Assembly (NCBI RefSeq): GCF_009914755.1 | Contig: NC_060926.1 | DNA: 64,000 nt | From: the human T2T-CHM13v2.0 reference genome, Homo sapiens | Reading direction: 5' to 3' (one strand) | In this document: piece by piece, positions 1 to 14,066 of the stretch | Layout: every line of letters starts with the position of its first letter | How positions within the stretch are numbered: the first letter of the stretch is position 1 | Made by a program: the position numbers and the translations under genes | The notes under the pieces: generated by a model | Told to the model about the DNA's origin: nothing | The model's database searches: none | Seen by the model: only the letters and a program-made list of their open reading frames with translations

Positions 1-229
1 CTTTGGTAACTTTGAGGGTTCATTTTTACACCTTTGAATAATTACAGTATATCTCTGTGTGTAATGTTTTTAGTCTATAGATGGTTACTTGGTGTGTGGA
101 TCTGTAGATGTTATGCAATAATTTGTAGCCCTTAGAGTCCAATGGATTGGAACTAGCAAAAGCAATGGCTGTGCATCAAGAATTAATTGACTAGAGTTTA
201 GTTTAGATGTTTGCAGGGACCTAATTATG

Positions 230-650
230 GAGGAGTGTAAAATTTATCTTGAAAATTCCAAGGAAACATTGAAGGATGGTAGATAGGTGGGTGGCAGAAT
301 CAAGATTTGCAGTTATAAGCTATCAATGCCAGAGAGCAGAGCAAGGACTGGGGAAAACAGTGTAGGAATGAATGAAGTGTTAGTCCAATTTTCAAGGCAA
401 AGGGTTATTAGTCTCTGACACTAATGGAATGAAGACGAAGGTATACATTTTAACACTCTTTTGAAAGCAAAATATTAGGTCGGAGCAATAGTAATTGTGG
501 TTTTTGCCATTGTACATAAGATTTGATGACAATGTAGAGAGTTGAGTGAAAGGAAGAAATACTGTATAACTTGAAGAACTGACATTTGCAAGTTAAGAAA
601 TTTGAGAGAGGAGCAGCTTTAGCACTCATGAAAATAAGGGCTTATTTCTA
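230..650 (-). mobile_element. Degenerate L2-like fragment
   Basis: Purine-rich diverged sequence resembling antisense L2; boundaries approximate. Confidence 0.4.
475..511. mobile_element. Half of a MADE1 (Hsmar1-derived MITE), one terminal inverted repeat
   Basis: TTAGGTCGGAGCAATAGTAATTGTGGTTTTTGCCATT matches the recalled MADE1 arm TTAGGTTGGTGCAAAAGTAATTGCGGTTTTTGCCATT at 33/37 positions; preceded by TA; second arm absent. Confidence 0.8.
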
Positions 651-1494
651 TGTGTCTAATTTGTGGCAGCTTTAAGAGCTAACCAGTGGCAGTAGTCCCT
701 GCTGATCATACTTTATGCGCTTGTGTTACATCAGATTTTATATATTATGTTCTATTAAACTTATCAGATCTAACATTGCAGCTTTTTAAAAGGTAAATTA
801 AAATCTTCAGTTTACATTCAGTGCACTTAATGTGTGTTATTGCTACTTTGTCTAGCATCTAGCTTATTTAGAACTTGCTGACCTCCCTCTGTGCTTCTCA
901 GGAGAATCATTTGCTGTAGGTAAATAATTAAATAAATCCTTGTGGATTCCTATCTGATCATCTTGCTCAAGCAATAGGCAATCCTTTTGCAAATAAGTGC
1001 CTGCAAATCCCTGGGAAATCCCGTTTGGCTTTCCATGTGGGTGTTTGCATTTCTGTTATGTGGAGGATCACTGAAACCACTTGTTGATCCTCAGGGTTAT
1101 TGGGTTACTTAATAGGTGAAAGGAGGTCTGTGGAGAGAATTCACAGTGGAAAGTGAAGATTTTTAATTCCAAACAGCATGTTCAGAATACTACCACGCTC
1201 ATGGTAGTAGGCTGTCAGCCTTCGCATCTGTGTAGTAATAAAGCCCAACTAATTTGGAACATTCTGTCTCCAGGGAAGGATGAAGAGGGAGCTATAAGAC
1301 AGACTGTAACCTTGAAGGAGAGCAGCTATGGAGCATTATCATTTTCTCTGTTCCTCTTCTTTCTTTCTCTGGGAGGGAGATGCTAGTCATGTAACCTATG
1401 GTTTGCGGTTTTTTATCAAAGAGGGGAGATGAGAATCTCATTCTGAATATCATCCATAATTTTTGTTGATATGCTGCAGTGTAGATCATGGGAT

Positions 1495-1752
1495 ATGTAT
1501 GTGTGTGTGTGTGTGTATGTATATATCATATACATATCTATATATATGATACATATACATATATACATATATACATGATATATATACATATACATATCAT
1601 ATATACATAAATACACATATATACATATATGATCCAAGTATATATGTATCCACAAACACACACACACATATATACACACACACACACACGTATATACACA
1701 AATACACACACACACACATATATATGTGTATATATATATATACACACACACA
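1495..1752. repeat. Compound (TG)n/(TA)n/(CA)n alternating purine-pyrimidine tract
   Basis: Seen directly; source of the C/V/Y/I-rich pseudo-ORFs. Confidence 0.95.
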
Positions 1753-3388
1753 CTTGGGTCAATTCATTTTCATTTTGACATCCACCACTGGAGTGGTTGG
1801 ATAATACTTGAAGGACTTTAATCAGTGATCTAAGTTCTGGAGGCAGCTGGGGCAAGATTTCAAATTGCTGTTTACATCTGTACCAGTGGGTTAATTAGCA
1901 CAAAAAGTATTAGAAATAGTGTTTCCCTGATGAAACAAGTGGTGTTCATCATATGCAGCTGGCTAGAAATATGGTTTGGAAATCTCTGCCTTGCCAGCTG
2001 TGTGCTGGTATGGCAGTACACATGGTCCTATACTCCTGCCCTGCCATATCTTAATGGAAGATCTGTCCTAGGATCTTTTCCTGGATTGACTGGGAAGGTT
2101 AATCTTGTAAGGGATGCAATTTTATTTATCTTGGAGATCACCATTCATGTAAGGGGCTTTTGTAGTGATAGACTAGGGACTTCACAGAGCTTACTGGAAC
2201 AGTATGTATGACTGTTTTTGTGCCTACTGGCTAATATTTGCTTATGAGGCAGAATTTTGTTTGTGCTTTGTTTTGCTGTGAAATATACCTGGTTGTCAGG
2301 TTGGTTATGAGGAAGCATAAAATTCTTGAGTGCTACCAATATTTATTAGAAGGAAGCTGATAATTGTTGATTGAACATTGGTTTGGATCTTGTTGCAAGT
2401 CTACTGGGAAGGAATGTCTGCAACATTGTCTGAGGACTTTAGAAAGAATGAATTAAGAGAGGGTAGGATGTCAAGAAAGGCACGGTAAAGATAGTCCAGG
2501 CCTGAGAAGTAAGCGGACTCTAGTTGGCCCTGCAGGAATCTGCTTCCTATGTTATGGAACATACAGAGATTGCCTGAAGGGGTGAGACAAGGGAAACAAC
2601 ACTGCTCTTGGAATCTCTAATGTCAGAAACCTTGAAGTGGGCGATATGGTATATGCACATTTGAAAGCCATGAATGTGCTGCAGAAAAGAGCTAAAGGGA
2701 TGCCATCTGGGCAGACCTAGAGAGAACAAGTGGCCAGAACATTAGTAGGTTAGTGTCATACCAATGCCAGGGCCAGATAAAATGATGATGGGAACAACAA
2801 TGTCCAGCAGGGAAGGAAATGATCAAGACCACCTGTCCAACTTTTCTGCTCAACTGAGGGGCATCCCTCAGGTTATCCAACTTTCTGTGACACCTCCAGC
2901 AGCCAGAGCAGGCCAACCAAGAAAAGACAGCATAGGAGAAGGGGGTATGGGGCAAAAGAAGGGCCTGTAAAGGAGGAAAGGAAACTCTAAATTAGAAATT
3001 TTATGCTGAATAGTGACTGAGATTTGAAAAACAAAACAAAGCAAAGCCCCCAAACACCCCATAAAAACAAAAACCAAGAAACGGTTTACATGACAAAGCC
3101 ACTGGACTAAGAATACCAGAAAGGCAGAATTATTTTCCCTAGACAGATTGATGTTTATGAAGTTCATGATGTTATGTGCAATTCAAGAGAAAAAAATAAG
3201 CTCCATGTCACATATCTGACTATTAAGTGCACATATTTCTGTGTTAACTGCCCAGTATAGCATCTATTGCATCTGAACTAGCTCTCTTTTCTTCTTCCGT
3301 CACCTTTTGATTCATTTGCATGTCTGTCTATCTACAATTACATGGGCTTTTTGTATTTTACTTTGTAGGGCGACTTCCAGTTACTTTC

Positions 3389-3691
3389 TTTTTTTTTTTT
3401 TTTTTTTTTGAGATGGAGTCTCGCTCTGTTGCCCAGGCTGGAGTGCAGTGGCGCGATCTCGGCTCACTTGCAAGCTCCGCCTCCCAGGTTCATGCCATTC
3501 TCCTGCCTCAGCCTCCTGAGTAGCTGGGACTACAGGCGCCCGCCACCATGCCCAGCTAATTTTTTGTATTTTTAGTAGAGATGGGGTTTCACCGTGTTAG
3601 CCAGGATGGTCTGGATCTTCTGACCTCATGATCCTCCCGACTCGGCCTCCCGAAGTGCTGGGATTACAGGCGTGAGCCACCTTGCCTGGCC
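3389..3691 (-). mobile_element. Full-length Alu, AluY-like
   Basis: Poly(T) then GAGATGGAGTCTCGCTCTG...; AluY-type GCAAGCTCCGCCTCCC..CCATTCTCC and CCGTGTTAGCCAGGATGGTC. Confidence 0.93.
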
Positions 3692-3899
3692 CCAATTTGT
3701 TAAATCCTTGCATCTTCCACTCAAGAAAATGTGGCATATGCTCCTTAACTTGTATTTTGACATAACATTTCAGATACTTTCCTCTATATTAGACAATAGA
3801 TAGAAGTGCACATATTTTTATTTGTTGTAGTAACAAATGGATGTTTTTACCTTTATATGTAGTTAAATTTTTGTTTATATGTGCAGATAAATAGAGCAC

Positions 3900-3995
3900 A
3901 AATTCCTTGAGGGCAGAAAATCTGTCTTGTTCATGTTGTTTCACTACCATAGAGACATTATCCCTGATATTCAATAAATATTGGTTAAATGAATA
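3900..3995 (+). mobile_element. L2 3' end fragment
   Basis: TCCTTGAGGGCAG...TCTTGTTCA...TCAATAAATATTGGTTAAATGAAT. Confidence 0.65.
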
Positions 3996-5098
3996 CATTT
4001 CAGTTACTGGAATGATGTCCCACTGTTTATAGTTTTTCTCATATCTTAGTATTTGTCTGTGTCTGTGTGAACTGGTCACGATGGTTAGGGGAGCAGGCCA
4101 GGTGCTGGGGATGTTGTCTCAGCTGCAGGGCAGACAGTTGCGTTCTAGTGAGTAAATAGAAGCAGCTTGATGTCCAAGGTTTCCCAAGACTACCTCCAGG
4201 TGCTTTGGAGGAAACAGATTAGCTCCAGGAGTCCCCGATGGAGCAATAGGGAGCTTTAGCTTGTGGGCATGGCACAGCAATGGAGAATCAGGTGGTATTT
4301 AATATGTAGACACCTGGGGCTTTAACCAGTGTTCTTTTTGAAGTCTAGGTCTGCCATGCCAGTGAATGGGATTTATTTGTCAAGTTTCAGTTTCTGGAGG
4401 GAGGGTGTGACAAAAGTACATTAAGATTCTAGGAACTCAGAAACAGGTATCAAGATAGAAACGGTTACATACTGAAGCCCAAGGAGGGATGCACAATTAG
4501 GAACGTGGTTGTCTGTGGCCTCTTAACAGAATGGGTAGCTTCTGAGAGGGAGGAGGCTGCGACTCTGGACCCAGCCATCATCACTGTCCTGCAACCTGTC
4601 AGAAGAGTGATCAGTATCATTAAATGAGGAATAAAAAAGCCCAGTTGATCTCTTGCCTGAAGTGTTTTGACTGTAGGATGGGTGGGTGGGGGTTCTGATT
4701 GTGAAGCTTGGAAAATAAGGACATGGTGATGCTCTGTGAGCACACTTATATCTATTAGTCCACCTCATTTTTTTCACCCTTTTCATCTCTTTCTTTTGTG
4801 TCTCCTTTATAGCAGAAACCTTTCTGCTTTCTATCCCTTCCTCTTCTTTCAATCTTCTCTTTCTCTTTTTCTTCTTTTGCCTTTCTCCCAGCTGCAGGGT
4901 ATGATTTTGTAAGTATGGTAAAAATTCTATACCTAATATCTTATGATTTAGGTAAATAAAATCTAATGCATATGTAAGAATAATCTAGAAAAAAGGTCTG
5001 GGGATTTTTTGGTGTTGAGGGATCTATAAAACTGAGAAAGAATGTGTTTTTTCTGCGACATTGATGGAACCTATGAATACATTTAATTTAGACTTTAT

Positions 5099-5429
<331 letters not shown>

Positions 5430-5713
5430 TTAAAAAAATGTTTTCAGTATAACAAAGAAAATACAGAAGCCAAAGTTAAGTTATGTTTGCCCTACTGTTC
5501 TTGTGAAGAAAGAAAAGATAACCACAGCATAGGTTTATTTGTTGTTATTGCTTTGAATTAGCTATAGAACAGTTATGTATAAATGAAAAACATATTTCCT
5601 TTTTTGAAAACTACACTTTTTTCAGCGACTTAAGACACATAACAAATTTATGTGGCCTTTTTTTTCTTTTCATTGGGTTAGTATAATTCTTTGAGAGTGT
5701 ATTAATAGATAGA

Positions 5714-5734
5714 ATATATATATATGTATATATA

Positions 5735-5780
<46 letters not shown>

Positions 5781-6059
5781 AGACAGAGTCTCACTCTGTC
5801 GCCCAGGCTGGAGTGCAGTGGTGTGATCTTGTCTCACTGCAACCTGCCTCCTAGATTCAAGCAATTCTCCTTTCTCAGCCTCCTGAGTAGCTGGAACTAC
5901 AGGTGCATGCCACCACACTCAGCTAATTTTTGTATTTTTAGTAGAGATGGGGTTTCACCATATTGGTGATGCTAGTCTCAAACCCCTGACCTCAGGTGAT
6001 CCGCCTGCCTCGGCCTCCCAAAGTGGTGGGATTACAGGTGTGAGCCACCATGCCTGGCT
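5714..6059 (-). mobile_element. AluS with tail converted to (TA)n microsatellite (5714-5777)
   Basis: TGAGACAGAGTCTCACTCTG...GAGCCACCATGCCTGGCT. Confidence 0.95.
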
Positions 6060-6649
6060 GTAAAAAAAATATTTTTACAGTGTTGTATACAATCAAAGTT
6101 TTGTTCATTCATCATTTTAAGACAAGTTCCTTGAATGGATGTTAAGGAGACCAGACAGAAAAGATTATGATAGATTCTTTTGATTGCAAGAAAAAAAAAA
6201 ACTCACTCACCTCAAAAAGGCTAAGTTTAGAGATGAACAAGACAGGAACCCCAGCCAACATGTCCAGTCTTTAAGAGAACCCGGGGAAGATGGACTGAGA
6301 TTCAGAATTGGGACGTAACTAGTGTGGCTCTTCTGAGTAGATTCCCTCTCTGCCCCCTAGTGACAGAGTTGATCCTCTGCCATTGGGATGACAGCTCCCT
6401 CTGTCATATTTTTCTTGCTGCCACCAGTACTCTCTTTATTGTAGATGTTTCTCTACCATTTTCTGTCTCGGTTTCTTATCACTTATACTTATTATTCATG
6501 AACTCTACTGCTTTATAACATCTGTAAAGTATCTTATTCCTCTGTGTCTTTGGTTTTCTGCTCCAGCTACAAACAGACTAATTCTCTTCCCATCCCGCTC
6601 AGAGTCTAGAGCCTATTCTTGGTTCAGGTAATTCACTGTTACTGTTGCA

Positions 6650-6858
6650 TTTTTTTTAAGAGACGGAAGTCTCCCTCTGTCACCCACGCTGGAGTGTGAT
6701 GGTGCCATCATGGCTCACGTCAGTCTTGACTCCCCAGACTCAAGCAGTCCTCCTTCTTAGCGTCTCAAGTAGCTGGGACTACAGGTGTGTGCCAACACAC
6801 CTGGTTAATTTGTTTTGTATTTTTTGTAGAGACAGGGTCTTGCTTTGTTGCCCAAGCT
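6650..6858 (-). mobile_element. 5'-truncated AluJ
   Basis: Right arm plus part of left arm; CTGTTGC repeated on both flanks (TSD). Confidence 0.88.
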
Positions 6859-9800
6859 GCTGTTGCTTTGCTTAGGTGGAGGTTTTGTGCCAGATCCCCA
6901 CGTAAGCCTTAGATGATCTAGTCTTAGCTCAGGTGCCTACTCTCGTATCTTCAGAGGGGGAAAGGCTTATGTTGATTGTCTTAAGGTAGGGTTATTCTTC
7001 CAGCAGGAGAATGGGGGATGACATTCACAGATGAGATTTATAGGCATGGCAGGCATTTTGAGAGCACACAGATGGCCAGTTTGAGCATAGTGAGAAATTC
7101 CTTGTCACAAGTGCACTGGTTGGACAATCTATGGTACCTAGCACAGAAACTTGCTCTTGGTTGACCTTATATTTTTGTTTACCTTATTTCTGTTTTGAGC
7201 AAAACAATCAATGAATGAGACATAACTATTCCTCACTGAGTTTTTGAGACTTTCTTTGGATCTCATTGCATATTTTATTTATGCCCTCCTCATTTAGTTC
7301 ACAATTTTCCTTACAAATTAATTGTCATTTACTAACTACTTTATGGGTTATTTCAATCCATAGATGAGACTTAAAAACACATAAACCACTTATACTGGGA
7401 ATTAAACTTACTTGATAATGTTGACGTCTGTAAGTATTTGAGGCTATTTCAGTTTTAAAACATAATAAAGATTGCATCTCACAGTGTAGTCTCTGTCTTG
7501 AATAAATTGCTTCTCTGCAAAGTAAGTCCTTGAGCTAACACTCAAGAAATTACACATGTAACATTGGCCAAAAGCACAGTTAGCATTTTTTAAATTTGAG
7601 GGGGGATTGTCTTTAAGAGAATATACTTTCAAATGTATGTGTTACTTCCCTTTAAGCATGTGTGTATGTGTGTGTGTGTGATGATTGTTGGTTTGATTTT
7701 TGGCAGGGTGGAGATTGGTGACCTATTGATAAGATTTTTCTCCTCTCTTTAACACTTTTCATTCTTTACCCAAACTCTTCCTAAACATCTATTGAGCATT
7801 TACTATTTCCCAGGCACAAAGAAAATGATGTAATTTTTATCTAATTCAGACATACAGTAAGTCCGTGGTTGCTGTATTTACAAATCAGCTGGCAAGATGT
7901 AAGTAGTTTGAATACTATGGTTTCCTTGATTAGGCTGCAGTTTTTAATCATTTGTACAAATGGTTATATTCTTTCAAATTTCATACTGTTTATGATTTTT
8001 TTCTGAAGCAGGGTTTCTTGGCAGGTATTAATAGAAAACAATAAACATCATTATTTCATTTGGCAATAAACAATTAATAGCTTAGAATGGTTTTCTAATA
8101 AAAACACATTCTACAATGAATGAGAGTTTTTCTTTTCCAGCACTATCAATAAAAACTTACAGTTCCCTAAAATGGTGAAATCAAATGATAAATAGTACAA
8201 AGGATTTTAACATGCAAACTAGATGTGTTATCCTCCATTTGTAAGAAGGAAATAAGAGAGTCGAGATTTCTGAGTCCTGACCTTGGCTGTGGTGCTACTA
8301 ACTCATCTTTCAACGTTGATTTTCTCTTTGGTAAAAGAAGGAAAGCACAACACTGTGTATGGGACAGAGTAGTTTTGAAAATAAAATGTCATTATATCAG
8401 TGAAAGCATTTAAATTAAAAGAAACTTACAAATTCATCATGATCAGAAGCTTACCTAATTAGTATAGATTACTATTTAGAAATTAATAATTAAGTTAAGC
8501 AAGCATTTAATAGGCTGACATCTATTATAACATTATGATAACAAGTTATTATAATTTATTTACTTGTCTGTCTACTCTACTATTAGATTAGAAACTCAAT
8601 TTCTTCATCTGTTTTCCTAGTCCACAATACAATGCACAACATTGAGCAGGTGTTTGGTAAATGTGTGTTGGGTGACTACAGCAAGAGAAGAGATAAAGAT
8701 GAATCTTTACAATATCATAGTCTGATTATTATATACTACTGAACGAGCTTTCAGTCAGGCTTCAGAGAAAGTTAGATCCATTTAAGAGGTAGCTACATCA
8801 TTGATTTTCCAATGCCTCAAACTATGAGATTGGAAGACTTTTGTTTCTTTAATTTCACTTGTTGTCGTTGCTGTGAATGGTTACAGCAAACACAGAGAGG
8901 ATGTGCCTCTGGCAGTATTATCTTCATTAACTGTATCAAGTTGTCTTCACTGAGATAATGTATTGTGCTGACTTGAATATAAGTGTTTTCATGAATGGCA
9001 AATTGATGAAGACTGGTTTGCCCAGCTGCATCTAGTTCTCCAGAGGAGTTACCTCCTATGGCTAGTACTAGTACTTTCTACTTACTAATAGATTCAGAGC
9101 ATTGGGAAGATTCCTAGTTGGTCATTTACTTCTTTTAACTACATACAGCTTGGAAATTAAATATCGTTAGTATTACATAACCTGTTTCTTATGGTGAAAT
9201 GTCTGCGAAAGTTTACATGCAAGTGCACTCTGACATCACTTGTTGGAAAAAGGAAATTTGGTTGTAAATTTTGCCTTTTCAGCATGTCATAACTTCTCCT
9301 GGAATGTGTAATATGACCTCATATTTGTATTGTACTTACAGTTTTGAAAGTGTTTTCATACATGAACTCCTTTAAAAATACTCCAGGAGAGAGGGAGGTT
9401 AGGTATTATTAACATCATTTTGCAAGTGCTCTGTAGATTATTTTGACCTAACATCCATGTGACATATCTAATTGTTAAATGAAATTAGACTGGACCTTTT
9501 TATGTTGATATTTCTGCCCCTTTTATTATTCTGGAGATCTGTGAACAAAGAAGATACTTGCTATCTACACTAAGCCATATCATTGGGTCTTGGAAGACTG
9601 AGCTCAAATGAGATAATTGCAATCTTCTCTCCTCACAGATAGGAAACTATCTTCAGGTATCACAGAGTAAATGTTAGATAACTAAAAAGGTCAGAGATAT
9701 TTTTAAAGTTTTGTTAGGAGAGAAAAAATTCCCTTCTGCGTTTTATCCTTCTATCCAAGAATAGGCTGAAGAGAAAGATGTCCTTAGCTTGGGTAAATAG

Positions 9801-11144
9801 AAAATAATCCTTGTTTATTATAAGCATTTTATATATTCATTTATATCACAGTGTGTTTTATGGAGCTGGGGAAGGGAATGATTATATATATATATTTATA
9901 ATGCATGGCCTCTTTCTTAAGTAGTCATAGTTTACTGAATTCTGTTTGAAGTGGGAACTAAGCTCTAACAGAGGAAACATGGAGAAGAACATTCTAGAGA
10001 GGAATCAAGTACCTTCAGTACTAATCAGATTTAAATAGTATAATACAGTTGAACTAATTTAAGAGAAAAGTAGCCTAATACTTTCTGAGGGAGCAATGAA
10101 GAAAAATGAGCTTAATAAGATAAACTTTTATTTATTTAATAGTTGATATTTAGAGATACATTTTTGGTTCTTTATATTTTGGTTCTTTATGATATTTTGT
10201 GATGCTGTCCTGTATACCAGCATCCAGTTTTCAATACTGAAATTGTAGACCCAGGCATCTGATATATCTTAAGTTTCTTATAAAATAAGGTTGGATTTAC
10301 TTTTCCAGTTCCATAAACATTGATAGTTCAAGTGTCTATAGTTTTTTTATTTTTTTTGACAGGCCACTGAGATATCACATAGTAGATGTCGAATCCTTAG
10401 GCAGTGAAAAGGTATCAAAGCAGATAATTACTCTAGAAACTTATTTGACCAGTTATTAAGACACAAATGATTTACTTAGCTATTGTCTTTGGGAAGAGCT
10501 TCAAAGACATAAGAAAATACCTTATTAGAGTAGAATTGAATTGGAATAATACTATTAAGCTTCCAGTGATTTCTTCATTTGCTTGCGGTGTAAAATATGT
10601 TATTAATTCATTTGGAATGAAGAGAGATCATTTGGTCTTTGTGTAATTATTAAATTAGGAAGTGCTCAATATCACCTGTAACATATCACATTTATGAAAT
10701 TGTTCATATCTCTTCTAAATCTGTTTATTTACAGTTTTAAAAATTGGTCTCCTCTACTATCTTCAAAAGAAGTGAAGATGTAATTAATAGAATATCACAA
10801 CCTAAATTTGATGAAAAACTATGTGACATCATTTCTTAAGCAAACATAAAAATTTTAAAGTATATAAACATACTTGAAGTATATATAATTCTTAAAATCT
10901 ACTGAAGGCTCATCTGAAATTCCATGTCCCTTTTTTGCTTCTAACAATAACAAATGTCTTTAAAACACCAAAAGAGTATCTGTATCATTTTATAGAAAAC
11001 TTTTATTTCCTTCAAAGAATCAATCATTTTGGTTCATTATTATTTGCTAATATTAGCTCAATTTGGGAGAAGCCATAGAAAAATTCAGTAAAATGCATAG
11101 TATACATTAGTAAATAATACATACATTCAAGAGTAATTATTTTG

Positions 11145-11650
11145 TTGTACTTGGCAGACAACCAATTAAAACTCAGTTAAGCCAAAGAATATGCATTGGT
11201 TACTATAGTAGAAAGTTCTAGAGTGGTCCTTCAGGCCTGACTGAATCCAGGCAGTTAGATATTTATTTCTCTCTCATAGCTTTGTTATCCACTGAATTAT
11301 ATTTTAAGGCAAGAAACATGAGGTCAAAATAGCCACCAGGTTTTCAGTCCTCCAGTTCGTTAATTCAAGTTGAAAGGGATTGTTTCTTTGTAGTTTTTTA
11401 AAAAGGGTGCTGATTGTATTTTCTTTATTTTAACTTATTCCACATTCCCACTCATAAGTGAATAATTACTATTAGGATCATGGTACTGCCATTGACCAGT
11501 CCTGGAACTACAGCTAGGGTCACCCTTAGCCAAACATAACTACCAGGAAAGAGGAAAAAAAAAAAAAGTCTGCAAAGGAAATTCAGGGTGCTATTACCAG
11601 AATATTTTGGTGGAGGGGAGGGTGTTGGGTGGTGACAGGAAAGCATAGTG
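11145..11650 (-). mobile_element. Old MLT1-type (MaLR) LTR remnant
   Basis: AACTCAGTTAAGCCAAAGAATATGCATTGG...CTTCAGGCCTGACTGAATCCAGG resembles MLT1J/K. Confidence 0.5.
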
Positions 11651-12664
11651 TATGTATAAACAAGTTAAATGCAGGGTGCAGGGTGAAATGCACACTGTTA
11701 TGTGAAAATGCTACTGAGCAAAAGAGCAACAGTTTAAATGGTAAAATAACATTTGGTATTAGAATAACATAAAGAACAATCACAAAACATTGATATTGAA
11801 AATGTTCGATTGCTGAAGAAGGGCCTTCAGGCATAACCAATCATCATATAAAATATTGGTGATGTCTGCATCTCTGAGACTGTTTCCTCATCTGTGAAAC
11901 AATTATTATTATATGGCTAACAGCAGACAAATTTGTATATGTTTTTGTGCTTGATTATATTGGTACAGAAGGTATTCCAGATTTTACCGAGCAGTGTATG
12001 TATAATTTGAGTGAAATTATATCCAATTATGGTGATACTACAATTAATGTAGAATACAGACAAGTATTAGTAAAGCTCCCGACCGCTGCATCCTGCAACT
12101 GTGGGAAATTGGAAGACTGAATAATAGCTCACTGAAATTTGCCTTTAAATATATTGCACACTCTATGGATATTAACATGAACAAAATTAAACTCCACAGG
12201 ACTGGAAAAATTAAACTAATGACTTTTTATGTAATCCAAGTTAATGAATGCTTTCTGGCCCAACTTTTCGTTAGGAAATCAACCACAGTTTCCTGATTTC
12301 CTTCATTCCAGCAGCTTCCATTGTGTGACTGTTTACAAAAGTGCTTAATAAGAACTCTTAATGAAGACTTGCTCTCTTTTCATTAATACTGAAATGTATT
12401 TACATAGTTTTACAGCTTTTAGGAGTAACAGGTAGTCTTAAAAATTAATAGTGGCTTTTAGAATAGATGTTGTATAAATATTTTCTTTAATCATCTGAAT
12501 ATTTCTAATGTATTAAAATACTATAGTAAAGAATAGAGAATCACAATTTCATCTTCTAAATGAAAGAAGGAAGGCAGGGGCTTAAAATATGGGGAATATT
12601 TGGAAAAAATTCTGTTTCTATTGATCTTGGTGCTGAAATCCATATTCGCAGGGTTTTACAGATA

Positions 12665-12956
12665 TGTTCACTCCCCTGTATCCTCAGGGGATTGATTCCA
12701 GGGCCACCAGCAGATACCAAAATCTGTGCATACTCAAGTAAGGCTGCAGTAGCCATGCGGAACCCGTATATATGAAAAACCAGCCCTCCATATCCACGTT
12801 TTACATTCTGTGAATACCAGTACTTTCCATTTGAGTTTGATTTCAGATGCAAACCCTGTGGGTATGGAGGGCCAAGTGTATTTATTAAAAAAAAAATCTA
12901 CCTGGAGGTGGACCGACCCATGCAGTCCAACCTGTGTTGTTTAAGGGTTAACTGTA
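12665..12956 (+). mobile_element. MER2B/MER8-type TcMar-Tigger MITE
   Basis: GGGGATTGATTCCAGG..GATACCAAAATC...GCGGAACCCG...GTGTTGTTTAAGGGTTAACTG|TA terminus. Confidence 0.8.
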
Positions 12957-13687
12957 TTCCTAGTGTTAAATGATAAACTAAATGCAAAGATGATTAATCC
13001 CCAAAATTAAATGTAATTAAATCTATAAAACACACTAGACAAATACAATTTTAATCATTAATTAAATACACTTTTAAAAACACCTGTGATAATGACTTAC
13101 TTGCTTTAATGCCTTTGTATCAATTCATAGCTAAGGTCTTAACGTAAGATTTAGCAATTTAAATTACGTTATTTTATGGACAAAATATATAATAATGACA
13201 TTAAGGGAAAATAAACTGTAAGGCAACCTTTCCTAATCTAATGATGGAATTGAGTGAACAGTTGGTTACCTGTAAGAAGAGCAACCAAGTTAAAAGAATA
13301 AAACGTTCAAAGGCCATAAGCCATAAGGTTTTTATGAAAACCTCAGAAAACCTCATTGAAATGCCATGAAATTAAAAAGCACACCAAAAGGAAAATAAAA
13401 GTTATAAAATAAGCATTCAATAAACATATAAACTTATACTTCACTTGCAGTTAAAGAAGTACACATTTTAGAAAAAGGGATAAAATTTGCCAAATTGTCA
13501 AAGATTAAAAAGATAATTGCTGGGAAGTGTGGTTTAAATTCAGCATTGTCATATGCTATTGGTGGAAGTCTATGTTGACATATCTTTCCAGAAAATAACC
13601 TGATGATGTGCATTAAAATACTAAAAAGATCAAATACTTTTTGACAGGAATTTCACTTTTATGAAGCCACAAGAAATAAATAATTTG

Positions 13688-14066
<379 letters not shown>

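Noticed and set aside
475-511. Possible miR-548-type hairpin
   Set aside because: Only one MADE1 arm is present, so no hairpin can form
1416-1855. 111-aa and 105-aa ORFs rich in C/V/Y/I
   Set aside because: Translations of dinucleotide repeats
9620-9662. Second 18-nt micro-exon-like pattern (CACAG|ATAGGAAACTATCTTCAG|GTATCA)
   Set aside because: Weak donor and no clear branch point; expected by chance
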